From a virus: DNA of 64,000 bases. Of this stretch, positions 21,291-29,688 are shown piece after piece; position 1 is the first letter of the stretch, and every line of letters begins with the position of its first letter. The stretch lies in the IMG/VR virus record IMGVR_UViG_3300023181_000271; one strand, written 5' to 3'. The notes beneath the pieces were generated by a model. That model saw only the letters and a list, made by a program, of their open reading frames with translations, was not told the DNA's origin and did not search any database. Made by a program: the position numbers and the translations under genes.

Positions 21291-21757
21291 AGGACATTCG
21301 ATCCTTTTATTAAGAGAGTAGAGTTCATAAAACCCGGTATACCGGCCATGCTTAGTGAAGCATTTAATAACCTGTAAAACTGTGCATCAGGTAGCCATCT
21401 TAAATATTCTATTAGAGCCTTTGACGGTTCTTTTTTGTTATTCTGAATACAGAGTGCAACTACGTATAAATAATCATCTGTATGCTCTTTTATAGCCTTC
21501 CAGCATTTATTTACATCTATTTTGCCATCAGTAAATATGTCCTGTGTTATTTTTAAGGCAATGGATGAAACCCTGTATCTGTTACCTACTAAAATTGGGC
21601 TGATTTCAAAAACTTTTACTTGTTTCATCAATCCAATTTTCATCAGTAGCTTTTCAAATACATTGGTTGGCTTGATAATTATAGTTACAGTTTCAGATTT
21701 ATCAGTGACAGCTTCACCGACCTTTATTAATGCTTCTAATTGTTCAATATCTGTCAT
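21245..21757 (-). CDS. Tail assembly chaperone (gpG-like)
   Basis: 170-aa acidic protein between major tail protein and tape measure gene, with overlapping -1 frame ORF. Confidence 0.6.
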   Translation of the reverse strand: MTDIEQLEALIKVGEAVTDKSETVTIIIKPTNVFEKLLMKIGLMKQVKVFEISPILVGNRYRVSSIALKITQDIFTDGKIDVNKCWKAIKEHTDDYLYVVALCIQNNKKEPSKALIEYLRWLPDAQFYRLLNASLSMAGIPGFMNSTLLIKGSNVLSVPEKVATPAMEQE

Positions 21758-21760
21758 ATG

Positions 21761-21787
21761 AAAAGTAAAAGCCCCCGGGTTGGGGGC
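21761..21787 (-). terminator. Intrinsic terminator after major tail protein gene
   Basis: Minus-sense hairpin GCCCCCAACCCGGGGGC followed by TTTTACTTTT. Confidence 0.55.
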
Positions 21788-21795
21788 TGTAAAAA

Positions 21796-22299
21796 TTATA
21801 CTCCGAAATCGATCGACATTGCTGGTGTAGCTGCCTTATCTGGTGTTAATACTTTACCTGTCCAGTCAATTTGACCAAACTTAGTTTTATCAAAACCGAA
21901 GTTGGCGGTACCAATAAGCTTCATTTTAACGAAACTGAATTTTATACCAGTTTTAGTTTCTGAAACTACTGATTGGTTAACAGTTACTGATGCACCACCT
22001 ACAGGGGGCGACCATACACCGTTAACAACAGTACCACCAAAGAACTTCTGCATAGTTAAAGCAGTAACTTTATAAGTGCTGGCTGTTAAAGTCCAAACTC
22101 GGCCTTTAGTTTCAATCTCATCAAGAATCTCATCTGACTCTTCTGTTTCGATTTCTGTTGTTTCGGGCACAGAGGATACTAATGATGCAGTTCCCTTTAC
22201 GGTCTCACCAAGAATCTCTGTTAAAACGGTGCCCATACCTCCGTCAAGAGCAGGATCACCCATTGTAATAGCTTTTAAGCCATATACTTTCTTTGCCAT
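21796..22299 (-). CDS. Major tail protein
   Basis: 167 aa, position upstream of chaperone/TMP, followed by partial terminator as usual for abundant structural proteins. Confidence 0.65.
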   Translation of the reverse strand: MAKKVYGLKAITMGDPALDGGMGTVLTEILGETVKGTASLVSSVPETTEIETEESDEILDEIETKGRVWTLTASTYKVTALTMQKFFGGTVVNGVWSPPVGGASVTVNQSVVSETKTGIKFSFVKMKLIGTANFGFDKTKFGQIDWTGKVLTPDKAATPAMSIDFGV

Positions 22300-22310
22300 A
22301 ATTATTTAAT

Positions 22311-22751
22311 TTAAATTGACGAGTAAAACTCTATTCTAAAATTGATGTAGTGCATGTTGTTCACATCATCCATCACCGTGTCTTGTTGGTATTTAAAGCA
22401 GTATTGTCCAGCTTCATCCCATATCTCTCCATCTTCATCTGCCCCATCAGCAAAGGCTTGATTACCTAGTTTAGCCAGCACTAATAACCTGGCTGTATCA
22501 GGTTGTGATCGATCTGGATTGTTATCTGGTAGTTTCAGATTTGGCACATAAATATTTACATTGAGCACTGCCTCGTCCACATCACCTTTAACCAGTGGTA
22601 AACCATTTATAACTACATCTTCAAGTTCTGAGTTAAGAGGTTTTTGATACTTGCACAGCTTACCATTGGGTTTTTTTAAACTATTTACCAATACACTGTT
22701 CTCTATGTGCTGAAATAGAACATTTACCACCTCAATTGATGTAAATCCCAT
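22311..22751 (-). CDS. Tail completion / tail terminator-like protein
   Basis: Position in head-tail joining block; size 146 aa. Confidence 0.4.
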   Translation of the reverse strand: MGFTSIEVVNVLFQHIENSVLVNSLKKPNGKLCKYQKPLNSELEDVVINGLPLVKGDVDEAVLNVNIYVPNLKLPDNNPDRSQPDTARLLVLAKLGNQAFADGADEDGEIWDEAGQYCFKYQQDTVMDDVNNMHYINFRIEFYSSI

Positions 22752-22753
22752 GG

Positions 22754-23206
22754 TTACCTAAGTGAATTTTTAATCTTTTCCATTGCTGTGATCAACTGCT
22801 CTTTTGCCAATATCGAACTAGCTGTTAGTACATCCTTACCCTTGCTTTCAACTGATGCCGCGTAATCCATTCCAGCTACCACAATCAACACATATCCAAT
22901 CGACAATCCTGATGCTAACTCATTCGCCAACTGCTTGCCGGTAGACATACCTTTTTGCTTTTCGGTACCCCTTTCTGAAAGTTGATAGTTCTCATACTGC
23001 TTTTTACCATTTTTCAAAACAATGTAGCCTATCGAACTTCTCAGATTGCCTGTTTGATCCAAGTAGGTATTATTGCTCCTTGCATTGTTGACGAATGTTT
23101 CACCGATATATTTAAGCCTCGAAATAATAACCTGGTCAATCCTATCCGTTTTAACCTTGATCATCTTTTTCACATCATCAGGCGAAAATTTAGGTTTGAT
23201 TCCCAT
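22754..23206 (-). CDS. Head-tail joining protein (neck protein)
   Basis: 150-aa ORF in connector block. Confidence 0.4.
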   Translation of the reverse strand: MGIKPKFSPDDVKKMIKVKTDRIDQVIISRLKYIGETFVNNARSNNTYLDQTGNLRSSIGYIVLKNGKKQYENYQLSERGTEKQKGMSTGKQLANELASGLSIGYVLIVVAGMDYAASVESKGKDVLTASSILAKEQLITAMEKIKNSLR

Positions 23207-23541
23207 TAGGCTTGTATCGATAAATTCATCTGTCCACGTTTGAATCGTTTTATAATACCTGAAGCAATCAGATCTCCATCTTTATCATAACCTTTAAAGT
23301 CAATCCTTTCAGGAACATCCTTCTGATCCAGGGGAGCAAACACATCCCAAGCATACTCTAAATTTTCACCATCATTAGACGGAATCAACTTACCTTCAGA
23401 ATTTGGCTCAAACCGGCATTTAATTCCGATCGTAACATTTGATCCAGGAATGATCACCGTATCCCCGTTTTCATCAGTACCGGTAGAGCCACCAATCACA
23501 TCGAACTTCAATATGTCCGGATACTGGATTACCATAACCAA
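23206..23541 (-). CDS. Head closure protein
   Basis: 111-aa ORF in connector block, overlapping start/stop with neighbours. Confidence 0.4.
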   Translation of the reverse strand: MVMVIQYPDILKFDVIGGSTGTDENGDTVIIPGSNVTIGIKCRFEPNSEGKLIPSNDGENLEYAWDVFAPLDQKDVPERIDFKGYDKDGDLIASGIIKRFKRGQMNLSIQA

Positions 23542-23861
23542 CTCCCATCTTCAATGGTACCTTCCACTTTATCAGAATCAATATCTGGCATACCCCAACG
23601 ATTCAAGTAAATTAGCCTGGTAATTCTTAGTGAAGCTTTATCATTTAAAGTCAGGGAATAACCACCTTCAGTCACGTTACCGGAAGTACAGGCTACAAGT
23701 ATTAATTCTGCTGCTGCTAATTCAACATCTTTTCTTAATTCTTTGGTATACGGAGCTTCTCCGTCCAAATCTGAATTAATCAGAAAAGTAGTATAACTTT
23801 CCTCACTAAGAGGAAAGTTAATTAAGCTTTTCAGCGTCTTTAATATGGATTGATCCGGCAT
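23529..23861 (-). CDS. Head-tail adaptor (DNA-packaging gp6-like) protein
   Basis: 110-aa ORF immediately downstream of major capsid gene. Confidence 0.4.
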   Translation of the reverse strand: MPDQSILKTLKSLINFPLSEESYTTFLINSDLDGEAPYTKELRKDVELAAAELILVACTSGNVTEGGYSLTLNDKASLRITRLIYLNRWGMPDIDSDKVEGTIEDGSWLW

Positions 23862-23869
23862 GACTATTC

Positions 23870-24955
23870 TTAGAATGAACCTTTACGGTTTGTATTCAGA
23901 ATGAACGACTGATCAATAGTATCCCATGATGGGAACGCATTGAATTCGTAAGCAGTTGTTTCAACAACAGGATCCACTTTACTGAATTTCTTAACCAAAC
24001 TACCATTGTATTCAGCATAGGTAACTTGCTTTTGAGGACGTTCTTTCTCAACCATTGGTGCAACGTGAAGTTTACCAATTGGGCCATCTGGTGTAAATAC
24101 AATGTTATCCACGTTCCATGGGTTACTGTATTTCACTTTACCATCCATTTCCACACCAATCGATGCATTGAACGCTCTGATAGTTGGGAACTCGTTAGCT
24201 GAAAGATAGGCGTTTACCTTTGATAAATTTAAATCAAGGTTATCAGTTGTACCTTTTGAAAGCATACCAAATTTAGCAAGAACCTCATTCGATTCCAGTA
24301 ACTGGTAGACTTTTGAAGGGTGCATTCTGATCACACCACCGGTTACACCTAAATCTGCTAAAGGCATGAAGATGTTTGTCTTCAAATCTTTCAATGGCGT
24401 TGCACCAGCAGGATTAGACCATACCTCGCCAACTGTACCGCTCTTGTGTGAATCTGGCATACCAAAGTTCACATCATATTGCGTAACCATACCAACATTA
24501 TCCTCGTTGGTGAATTTTAAATAACCACCGGATGATAAAAGTTTAGCTAACCACAAATCAATAGTTTTGTGTGGAGCGGTTGAGCAGAACGAAATATCGT
24601 CATATACTAAATCCAGCAAACGATTCATATCAGGATCAATCTGTTTGGTTAGAGTGATATACTTCATTAACAGATCTTCATCCATAGTACGCTTTCCACG
24701 GATTGATGGAATCTTACCAGACTCTTCACGCAATACGTCACGGGCATGCTCCGGAGCAGATACGTTAAAAGCGGTAACGTAACCTGCTACGCCAGCTTTA
24801 CGATCGCCAATAACAGATTTCCACTCTAAGCTATCCACTGGCTTTTTAGTAAGCAGTGATGGCCAGTAAATGGCAGCATACTTAGCCTGGGTGTCATTGA
24901 TGTAAGTTTGCAGGTTCTTTTTTTCTGCAAGCTCTTTTATAATTGTTCCTTCCAT
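23870..24955 (-). CDS. Major capsid protein (HK97-like)
   Basis: 361 aa; position after scaffold/decoration genes; composition and length typical. Confidence 0.75.
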   Translation of the reverse strand: MEGTIIKELAEKKNLQTYINDTQAKYAAIYWPSLLTKKPVDSLEWKSVIGDRKAGVAGYVTAFNVSAPEHARDVLREESGKIPSIRGKRTMDEDLLMKYITLTKQIDPDMNRLLDLVYDDISFCSTAPHKTIDLWLAKLLSSGGYLKFTNEDNVGMVTQYDVNFGMPDSHKSGTVGEVWSNPAGATPLKDLKTNIFMPLADLGVTGGVIRMHPSKVYQLLESNEVLAKFGMLSKGTTDNLDLNLSKVNAYLSANEFPTIRAFNASIGVEMDGKVKYSNPWNVDNIVFTPDGPIGKLHVAPMVEKERPQKQVTYAEYNGSLVKKFSKVDPVVETTAYEFNAFPSWDTIDQSFILNTNRKGSF

Positions 24956-24961
24956 TGTCTA

Positions 24962-25564
24962 TTAGCGTTGTTCAGAAAAAATGATTAAACCTTTCAGGGC
25001 ATCTTTCACCGCCTGAGGTGCTGCCCATGGCAGACGTCTGTTGTACACAATACCTTGACGAACTACAGGAGCATCTTCGTTTTCACTGATATACCTGTGA
25101 TTTCTAAGCATACCGTTTACTGCTACTTTTAAAGCTCCAGCATTAGCACCACTAGCAGCAGAATGAAACAATACATCACCTACAGCCATAGCACCTAATG
25201 TGGTACCAACTGTAACGATATCGTAATCTGCATTACTCGTGTCTAATGTTCCAGCATAAGAGGCACCTCCAACAGTTTTGGCAAATACATCACCTGACAC
25301 AAATAGATGGGCCTGATCTTTATTTAGCTTAGCAATCTTATAAGTAGTTGCACCAGCAGCAGCTACCTCAACGATAACAGCTGTTTTTAATATGGTGACT
25401 AACCTGGTATTCTCGTCGAAATTGACAAAGGCTCCCGCCCTGATAATCGAATCTTCAACCAAGCCCACATTACTTAAAGTTCCACCACCTTTATAATCGG
25501 AGTGGACTTCAATAAATACTGGAGGGGACATGGTGTCTTGCTTCTTTTTGTTTTTTAATCCCAT
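24962..25564 (-). CDS. Capsid decoration / head-associated protein
   Basis: 200 aa Ala/Gly/Val-rich protein between scaffold and capsid genes. Confidence 0.4.
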   Translation of the reverse strand: MGLKNKKKQDTMSPPVFIEVHSDYKGGGTLSNVGLVEDSIIRAGAFVNFDENTRLVTILKTAVIVEVAAAGATTYKIAKLNKDQAHLFVSGDVFAKTVGGASYAGTLDTSNADYDIVTVGTTLGAMAVGDVLFHSAASGANAGALKVAVNGMLRNHRYISENEDAPVVRQGIVYNRRLPWAAPQAVKDALKGLIIFSEQR

Positions 25565-25565
25565 A

Positions 25566-26270
25566 TTAAATTTCTTGAATGTTGATACCTGAGTCTTTCG
25601 GTGCTACAGTCTCACCGTACTTTTTACTCGCTTCAGCAAATGCGCTCTCGGTTACCAGGCTACCTTTTAAGACAGTACCGTTTCCGATCGCTTCATTTAC
25701 TACCAGTTGTTTGGTTGCAGTCCACTTGGTATCAAGCTTAGTTATCGCTTCTTCTTCATTGAAGTTTTCACCGATATGAACATCGTCTACCCAATCTTCA
25801 GGAATGCCTTTTGCTTTCGCAGCAACCTTTAATTTGGATCGTGTTTCATTAAGCTGGATTTGTTGGTTTGAAGCAGCAAAAGGGGCCATGGCCGCAGTTA
25901 CCGCATCTGCAATCATTTTTGAAATGTCTGCTGGTTGACCGGATTTCTTTTTAGGAGCAGGATCTGCATCGTCATCATCATCATCGTCGTCATCTGCAGT
26001 TTTCTTTTTCTTAACTAGATCAAACTCTTTTTCAAGGTTTGTTCTTACAGATCGTGCATTCCTACTTGTTTCCTTTTGGATCAGTTCAACCACATCGTCA
26101 AAGGAGATAATGGAAGTATCGAGGTCATCAATGGTGCTGTCGATTTCTTCTTCCTTAGTGACTTTCGCCTCAATCTTATCGAGTAACAGGTCAATCCCTT
26201 TTTGACTTAATTTTTTAAGCGAACCGGCTTTTGTTAATTGCAGTTTCGCTAAGATTTCTTTTCTGAACAT
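25566..26270 (-). CDS. Scaffolding protein with poly-Asp tract
   Basis: 234 aa helical charged protein upstream of capsid gene; D10 stretch ADDDDDDDDDAD. Confidence 0.6.
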   Translation of the reverse strand: MFRKEILAKLQLTKAGSLKKLSQKGIDLLLDKIEAKVTKEEEIDSTIDDLDTSIISFDDVVELIQKETSRNARSVRTNLEKEFDLVKKKKTADDDDDDDDDADPAPKKKSGQPADISKMIADAVTAAMAPFAASNQQIQLNETRSKLKVAAKAKGIPEDWVDDVHIGENFNEEEAITKLDTKWTATKQLVVNEAIGNGTVLKGSLVTESAFAEASKKYGETVAPKDSGINIQEI

Positions 26271-26354
26271 AGCAGTTTTTAAGCTTTTTGAGAATAAGCC
26301 TAAAATTACCTAGGATATAAACGCACCTTGATTTTTACAAATCACCATTGACCA

Positions 26355-26762
26355 ATGGTAATACTTTGCTATATTAAAAGAAAATTAAACGAACTCATGG
26401 GATTACAAGAAAAGTACACAAGCTACATAAGAGGAACAGAACAGGTAGAAGACCTAAACAAAAAAATCGACTATGCAGAGAAGCAAGTGATAGCACATAA
26501 AACATATGCTAAAAATGACAGTTGGGTACTAGCTGATGTTGTTGACAGTCTAATTAATAAGCAGAATGAAATAAAAACACTGACCGATAAAAGAGATAGT
26601 CTTGTGAATAGTAATAAGACTCTTGAAACTGAAATTTATGACATATTCTCGCACATCGATAATAAACCAGTAATGATGCAGATCAGTGGTGCGAACATAC
26701 TTGTGTCAGTCGTTTTTGATGGTGATGGAAATAGAATGTTTTCATCCACTCATCATGGTTAA
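26355..26762 (+). CDS. Antisense-oriented hypothetical coiled-coil protein (moron candidate) inside head module
   Basis: Only plus-strand ORF within 20 kb of minus-strand structural genes; fills a 488-bp gap; convergent overlapping stop with head-morphogenesis gene; probable start at MGLQEKY (26397). Confidence 0.45.
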   Translation: MVILCYIKRKLNELMGLQEKYTSYIRGTEQVEDLNKKIDYAEKQVIAHKTYAKNDSWVLADVVDSLINKQNEIKTLTDKRDSLVNSNKTLETEIYDIFSHIDNKPVMMQISGANILVSVVFDGDGNRMFSSTHHG

Positions 26763-27826
26763 ATTTTAACATCATTAGCAGTTACCCAGTCCGGCTTTCG
26801 TTTCCAGTTATCCATTTTACCAGCATTGTCATTTACATAGTTAGTGAAGTTTTCTGGAACAGTATTAATCACATCTTTAAATTTGAAGTCTTTTGCAGTT
26901 CCATTGAAGATAGCAGTTTCATAACGATCATATTCTTCAGGACTGGGTAACTTAGCTATACAGTAACAAAGGCAGTTTACGTGCCATTTTAACCACAGGA
27001 ACCATTTAGGATATACACCTTGTAAAGAATCGCAAATATCAACTTTAGGGTGATTATTAGAAAGGTTTACCTGGTAACCTAATACAAATGGTAAAGACTT
27101 ATACCTGACCATATCTGCTTGACGGTAACTATCATTAGTAACGTTTCTGGTAATTCTCATAAAGTTTTTAAAAGGAGATCGGTAGACACCTTGACCAGGA
27201 GCACCCAATTCAGTATAATACTTTTGAGCTGCTTTTGATAATCTTAGCTTAGATTTTCCTTTTGCAGTAATATATCTTACTCGTCTAAATAATGGCTCAG
27301 GGTTTTGCATGTATGAAACTTGATCTCGGGCCATATCATTTGCTGATTTACCTTCACTTAATCCAGCAAACAGGTTTTGTTCGATCTGTCCCTGAAGCTG
27401 ACTAGTATATTTAAGTACACGATCTGATAATCCTAAACCAGCACTCTTTTGAGTGATAAACTCTTCTAATGCAGCAGTATTAGGATTATATATCATTTTA
27501 TTAACGGTATCACTTATCTTTGGTGATCCATAATGCTGATGAATTACAGCGCCATTCTTTTCAGTAGATAATTCCCATTGTCCTTTCACCCCATTTATCA
27601 AAGTGATATTGACTTCTTTACTAAAAGCAAGTAAGATATTATCTACTTTTTTATTGAATTCTGGAAAATCATTAATACTAAACGTATTGCCTTTAGGCTT
27701 TAAATTAGTAGCCTCCCTATATATTCTCGCTATCACCTTACGGTATAACACTTCAATCTGTTTTTGATATTTCTGAATATCCGCCAAGTGCATTGCCTCA
27801 TACTTTTTATTAATATCGTCCGACAT
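26759..27826 (-). CDS. Head morphogenesis / minor capsid protein (SPP1 gp7-like)
   Basis: Position directly after portal gene; ~355 aa; start likely MSDDINKK at 27826 because upstream Met codons overlap the portal terminator. Confidence 0.55.
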   Translation of the reverse strand: MSDDINKKYEAMHLADIQKYQKQIEVLYRKVIARIYREATNLKPKGNTFSINDFPEFNKKVDNILLAFSKEVNITLINGVKGQWELSTEKNGAVIHQHYGSPKISDTVNKMIYNPNTAALEEFITQKSAGLGLSDRVLKYTSQLQGQIEQNLFAGLSEGKSANDMARDQVSYMQNPEPLFRRVRYITAKGKSKLRLSKAAQKYYTELGAPGQGVYRSPFKNFMRITRNVTNDSYRQADMVRYKSLPFVLGYQVNLSNNHPKVDICDSLQGVYPKWFLWLKWHVNCLCYCIAKLPSPEEYDRYETAIFNGTAKDFKFKDVINTVPENFTNYVNDNAGKMDNWKRKPDWVTANDVKI

Positions 27827-27841
27827 AATATATATTTTAAA

Positions 27842-27874
27842 CAAAAAAAGCTAACGGGAACCACTCCGTTAGCT
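27842..27874 (-). terminator. Intrinsic terminator after portal gene
   Basis: Perfect 9-bp stem AGCTAACGG/CCGTTAGCT with 8-nt loop followed by T7 in minus sense. Confidence 0.6.
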
Positions 27875-27962
27875 AACCAAACCTAAACCAAACTATTACT
27901 ATGAAAATTATCTATTTCAAATATACAAACATTATGTTCTAATTGTTCCAAATTAGAACATA

Positions 27963-29390
27963 TTATTCAACAATTGTACTTAATTCCTCATTTTTAAGCA
28001 GTATATTTTCCTTATCCCCATCCTTAACCAAAGGATTCAGCTCTACAGCTGTTTGGCGGCTCATGATAGCTTTACCACCTACAGCCAAACTTAATGAATT
28101 TAAGTAATCTGCTGTGTTGTCAGGAAGTGGATTACCAAACTCCATGCTTACCTCCAAATTAGCTATTTCTGCAGCCATAGCACTTGAATTATCAATAACC
28201 TTAGTAATGAATGCTTTCAAGATATTATTTTCACGATCGTGAAGTTCTTCATAAGTACCATGTTGGCTCATTGCCTTTAATAGTGGGCCAAAGTATTTCA
28301 TTTCTAAAGCTTTCCCGGAGTCCTGTCCCAATGATGCTCCCTCCTGAGAATGCAGATCAACTGTATCAGTAAAATACAGGATAGCACGCTCCAGATCTTC
28401 CTGCTCGTTTTTCACCATGTCGATACTCATCTGTGGCACAAGGTAGGAGGCTTTAGCACCAGCCTGGAGAACTACAACCTTTCCAACTTCGTTGGCGTTA
28501 GGTAAGCTGATCGGTTTACCACCTTCTAGTACCAGGATAGGATCACCGGTGCGATCAATATTATCCGCCCGGGTGGATGATGAGTATTCTCGACGAACAA
28601 TTATTTTCTGAACCAGTGCCCATTCTGGATCTTCCTGCATTGCCCAAACCATAGGTATCTTTCCTATAATATTTGTTTCTGGAAGTACATTCCATGATCC
28701 ACCGTCACGATTGCAGTTATAAATAACATCAGCAGTGTAAACATCAAAATGCTGAATTTTTTTATTTCCAACTGCCACGCTATATTCCCGGCCTACAGCT
28801 TTTAATACACCGTAATTATCAAAGCTTACATGGATTGTGTCTCCCAGTGATTTTGCAAGTAGAATACACTTGACACTATTTGGAATACTTAAATCAGTTT
28901 TATCAGCATTAGAATCACGATACGGTACAAATAATTTAACACATTCTGTTTCCGATTTCATGATCTCTGCGCACTTTTGATCCTTAGCATTCATACGCAT
29001 ATCTTTTCGTAAATCAGTCAGTGCCTTGAACGCCTTATCTGTGCCGGTACTTTCCTGTTTTAGCTTTACGGGTTTGCCATAAATAAAGGCAACAGCAGAT
29101 TGAACGATCTTACGTTGATACGGTAATGGCAGATTCCAGCTGGTCACAATTTTGCCCTTTACTAAATCCTTATCCGGACGTTTCATAATCTCGTGATCAT
29201 CAATATTCCATTGTGATAAAGCAAGCGCTACCTTATCTTGTCGATTAGTAAACTTGCCTTTTGCTTTTTCAATTGACCCTTCGGTAAGCAGCGTTACCAG
29301 GTCTTTGTCTTCTTCTGCCATTCCTAATAGGGATTTAATTTTACCGATTACACTCATTACCGTAAAGTCTTTAAATAATGATCCATACAC
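27963..29390 (-). CDS. Portal protein
   Basis: 475 aa, immediately downstream of terminase large subunit; size and order typical. Confidence 0.75.
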   Translation of the reverse strand: MYGSLFKDFTVMSVIGKIKSLLGMAEEDKDLVTLLTEGSIEKAKGKFTNRQDKVALALSQWNIDDHEIMKRPDKDLVKGKIVTSWNLPLPYQRKIVQSAVAFIYGKPVKLKQESTGTDKAFKALTDLRKDMRMNAKDQKCAEIMKSETECVKLFVPYRDSNADKTDLSIPNSVKCILLAKSLGDTIHVSFDNYGVLKAVGREYSVAVGNKKIQHFDVYTADVIYNCNRDGGSWNVLPETNIIGKIPMVWAMQEDPEWALVQKIIVRREYSSSTRADNIDRTGDPILVLEGGKPISLPNANEVGKVVVLQAGAKASYLVPQMSIDMVKNEQEDLERAILYFTDTVDLHSQEGASLGQDSGKALEMKYFGPLLKAMSQHGTYEELHDRENNILKAFITKVIDNSSAMAAEIANLEVSMEFGNPLPDNTADYLNSLSLAVGGKAIMSRQTAVELNPLVKDGDKENILLKNEELSTIVE

Positions 29391-29680
29391 CTTTTGCCCT
29401 TGTCAGTGATATCACTATCAAAAGTCAAGTTGTTGCGTTCTTGATAGGTCTTCATGATTTCACTGGAAACGATATTATATTCCAGGTTCTTTTTAACAAC
29501 AAAATACATTTGGTATTTTTCATCCATCAAATCCGCAAGCTCCTGATCCCACGGTATATTTTTCCTTTTGCAGATGATCTTATCTAAAACCTGTGTGCTG
29601 CAGATATAATCAATCTGTTCAGGAAGGATCTTACCAAAATCCATTGCTTTTAAGTTGGGTTTAATTCTAAATCCTCTCAT
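29357..29680 (-). CDS. Hypothetical protein between terminase and portal
   Basis: 107-aa ORF overlapping portal start. Confidence 0.3.
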   Translation of the reverse strand: MRGFRIKPNLKAMDFGKILPEQIDYICSTQVLDKIICKRKNIPWDQELADLMDEKYQMYFVVKKNLEYNIVSSEIMKTYQERNNLTFDSDITDKGKRCMDHYLKTLR

Positions 29681-29688
29681 ATTGTTAT

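Noticed and set aside
27934-27961. Interpretation of the ATGTTCT...AGAACAT motif as a LexA/Cheo box or Bacteroidota sigma-A promoter
   Set aside because: Half-site orientation and spacing (GTTC-N9-GAAC outward) do not fit GAAC-N4-GTTC Cheo boxes or TTTG/TAnnTTTG promoter consensus; kept as an unassigned operator-like motif
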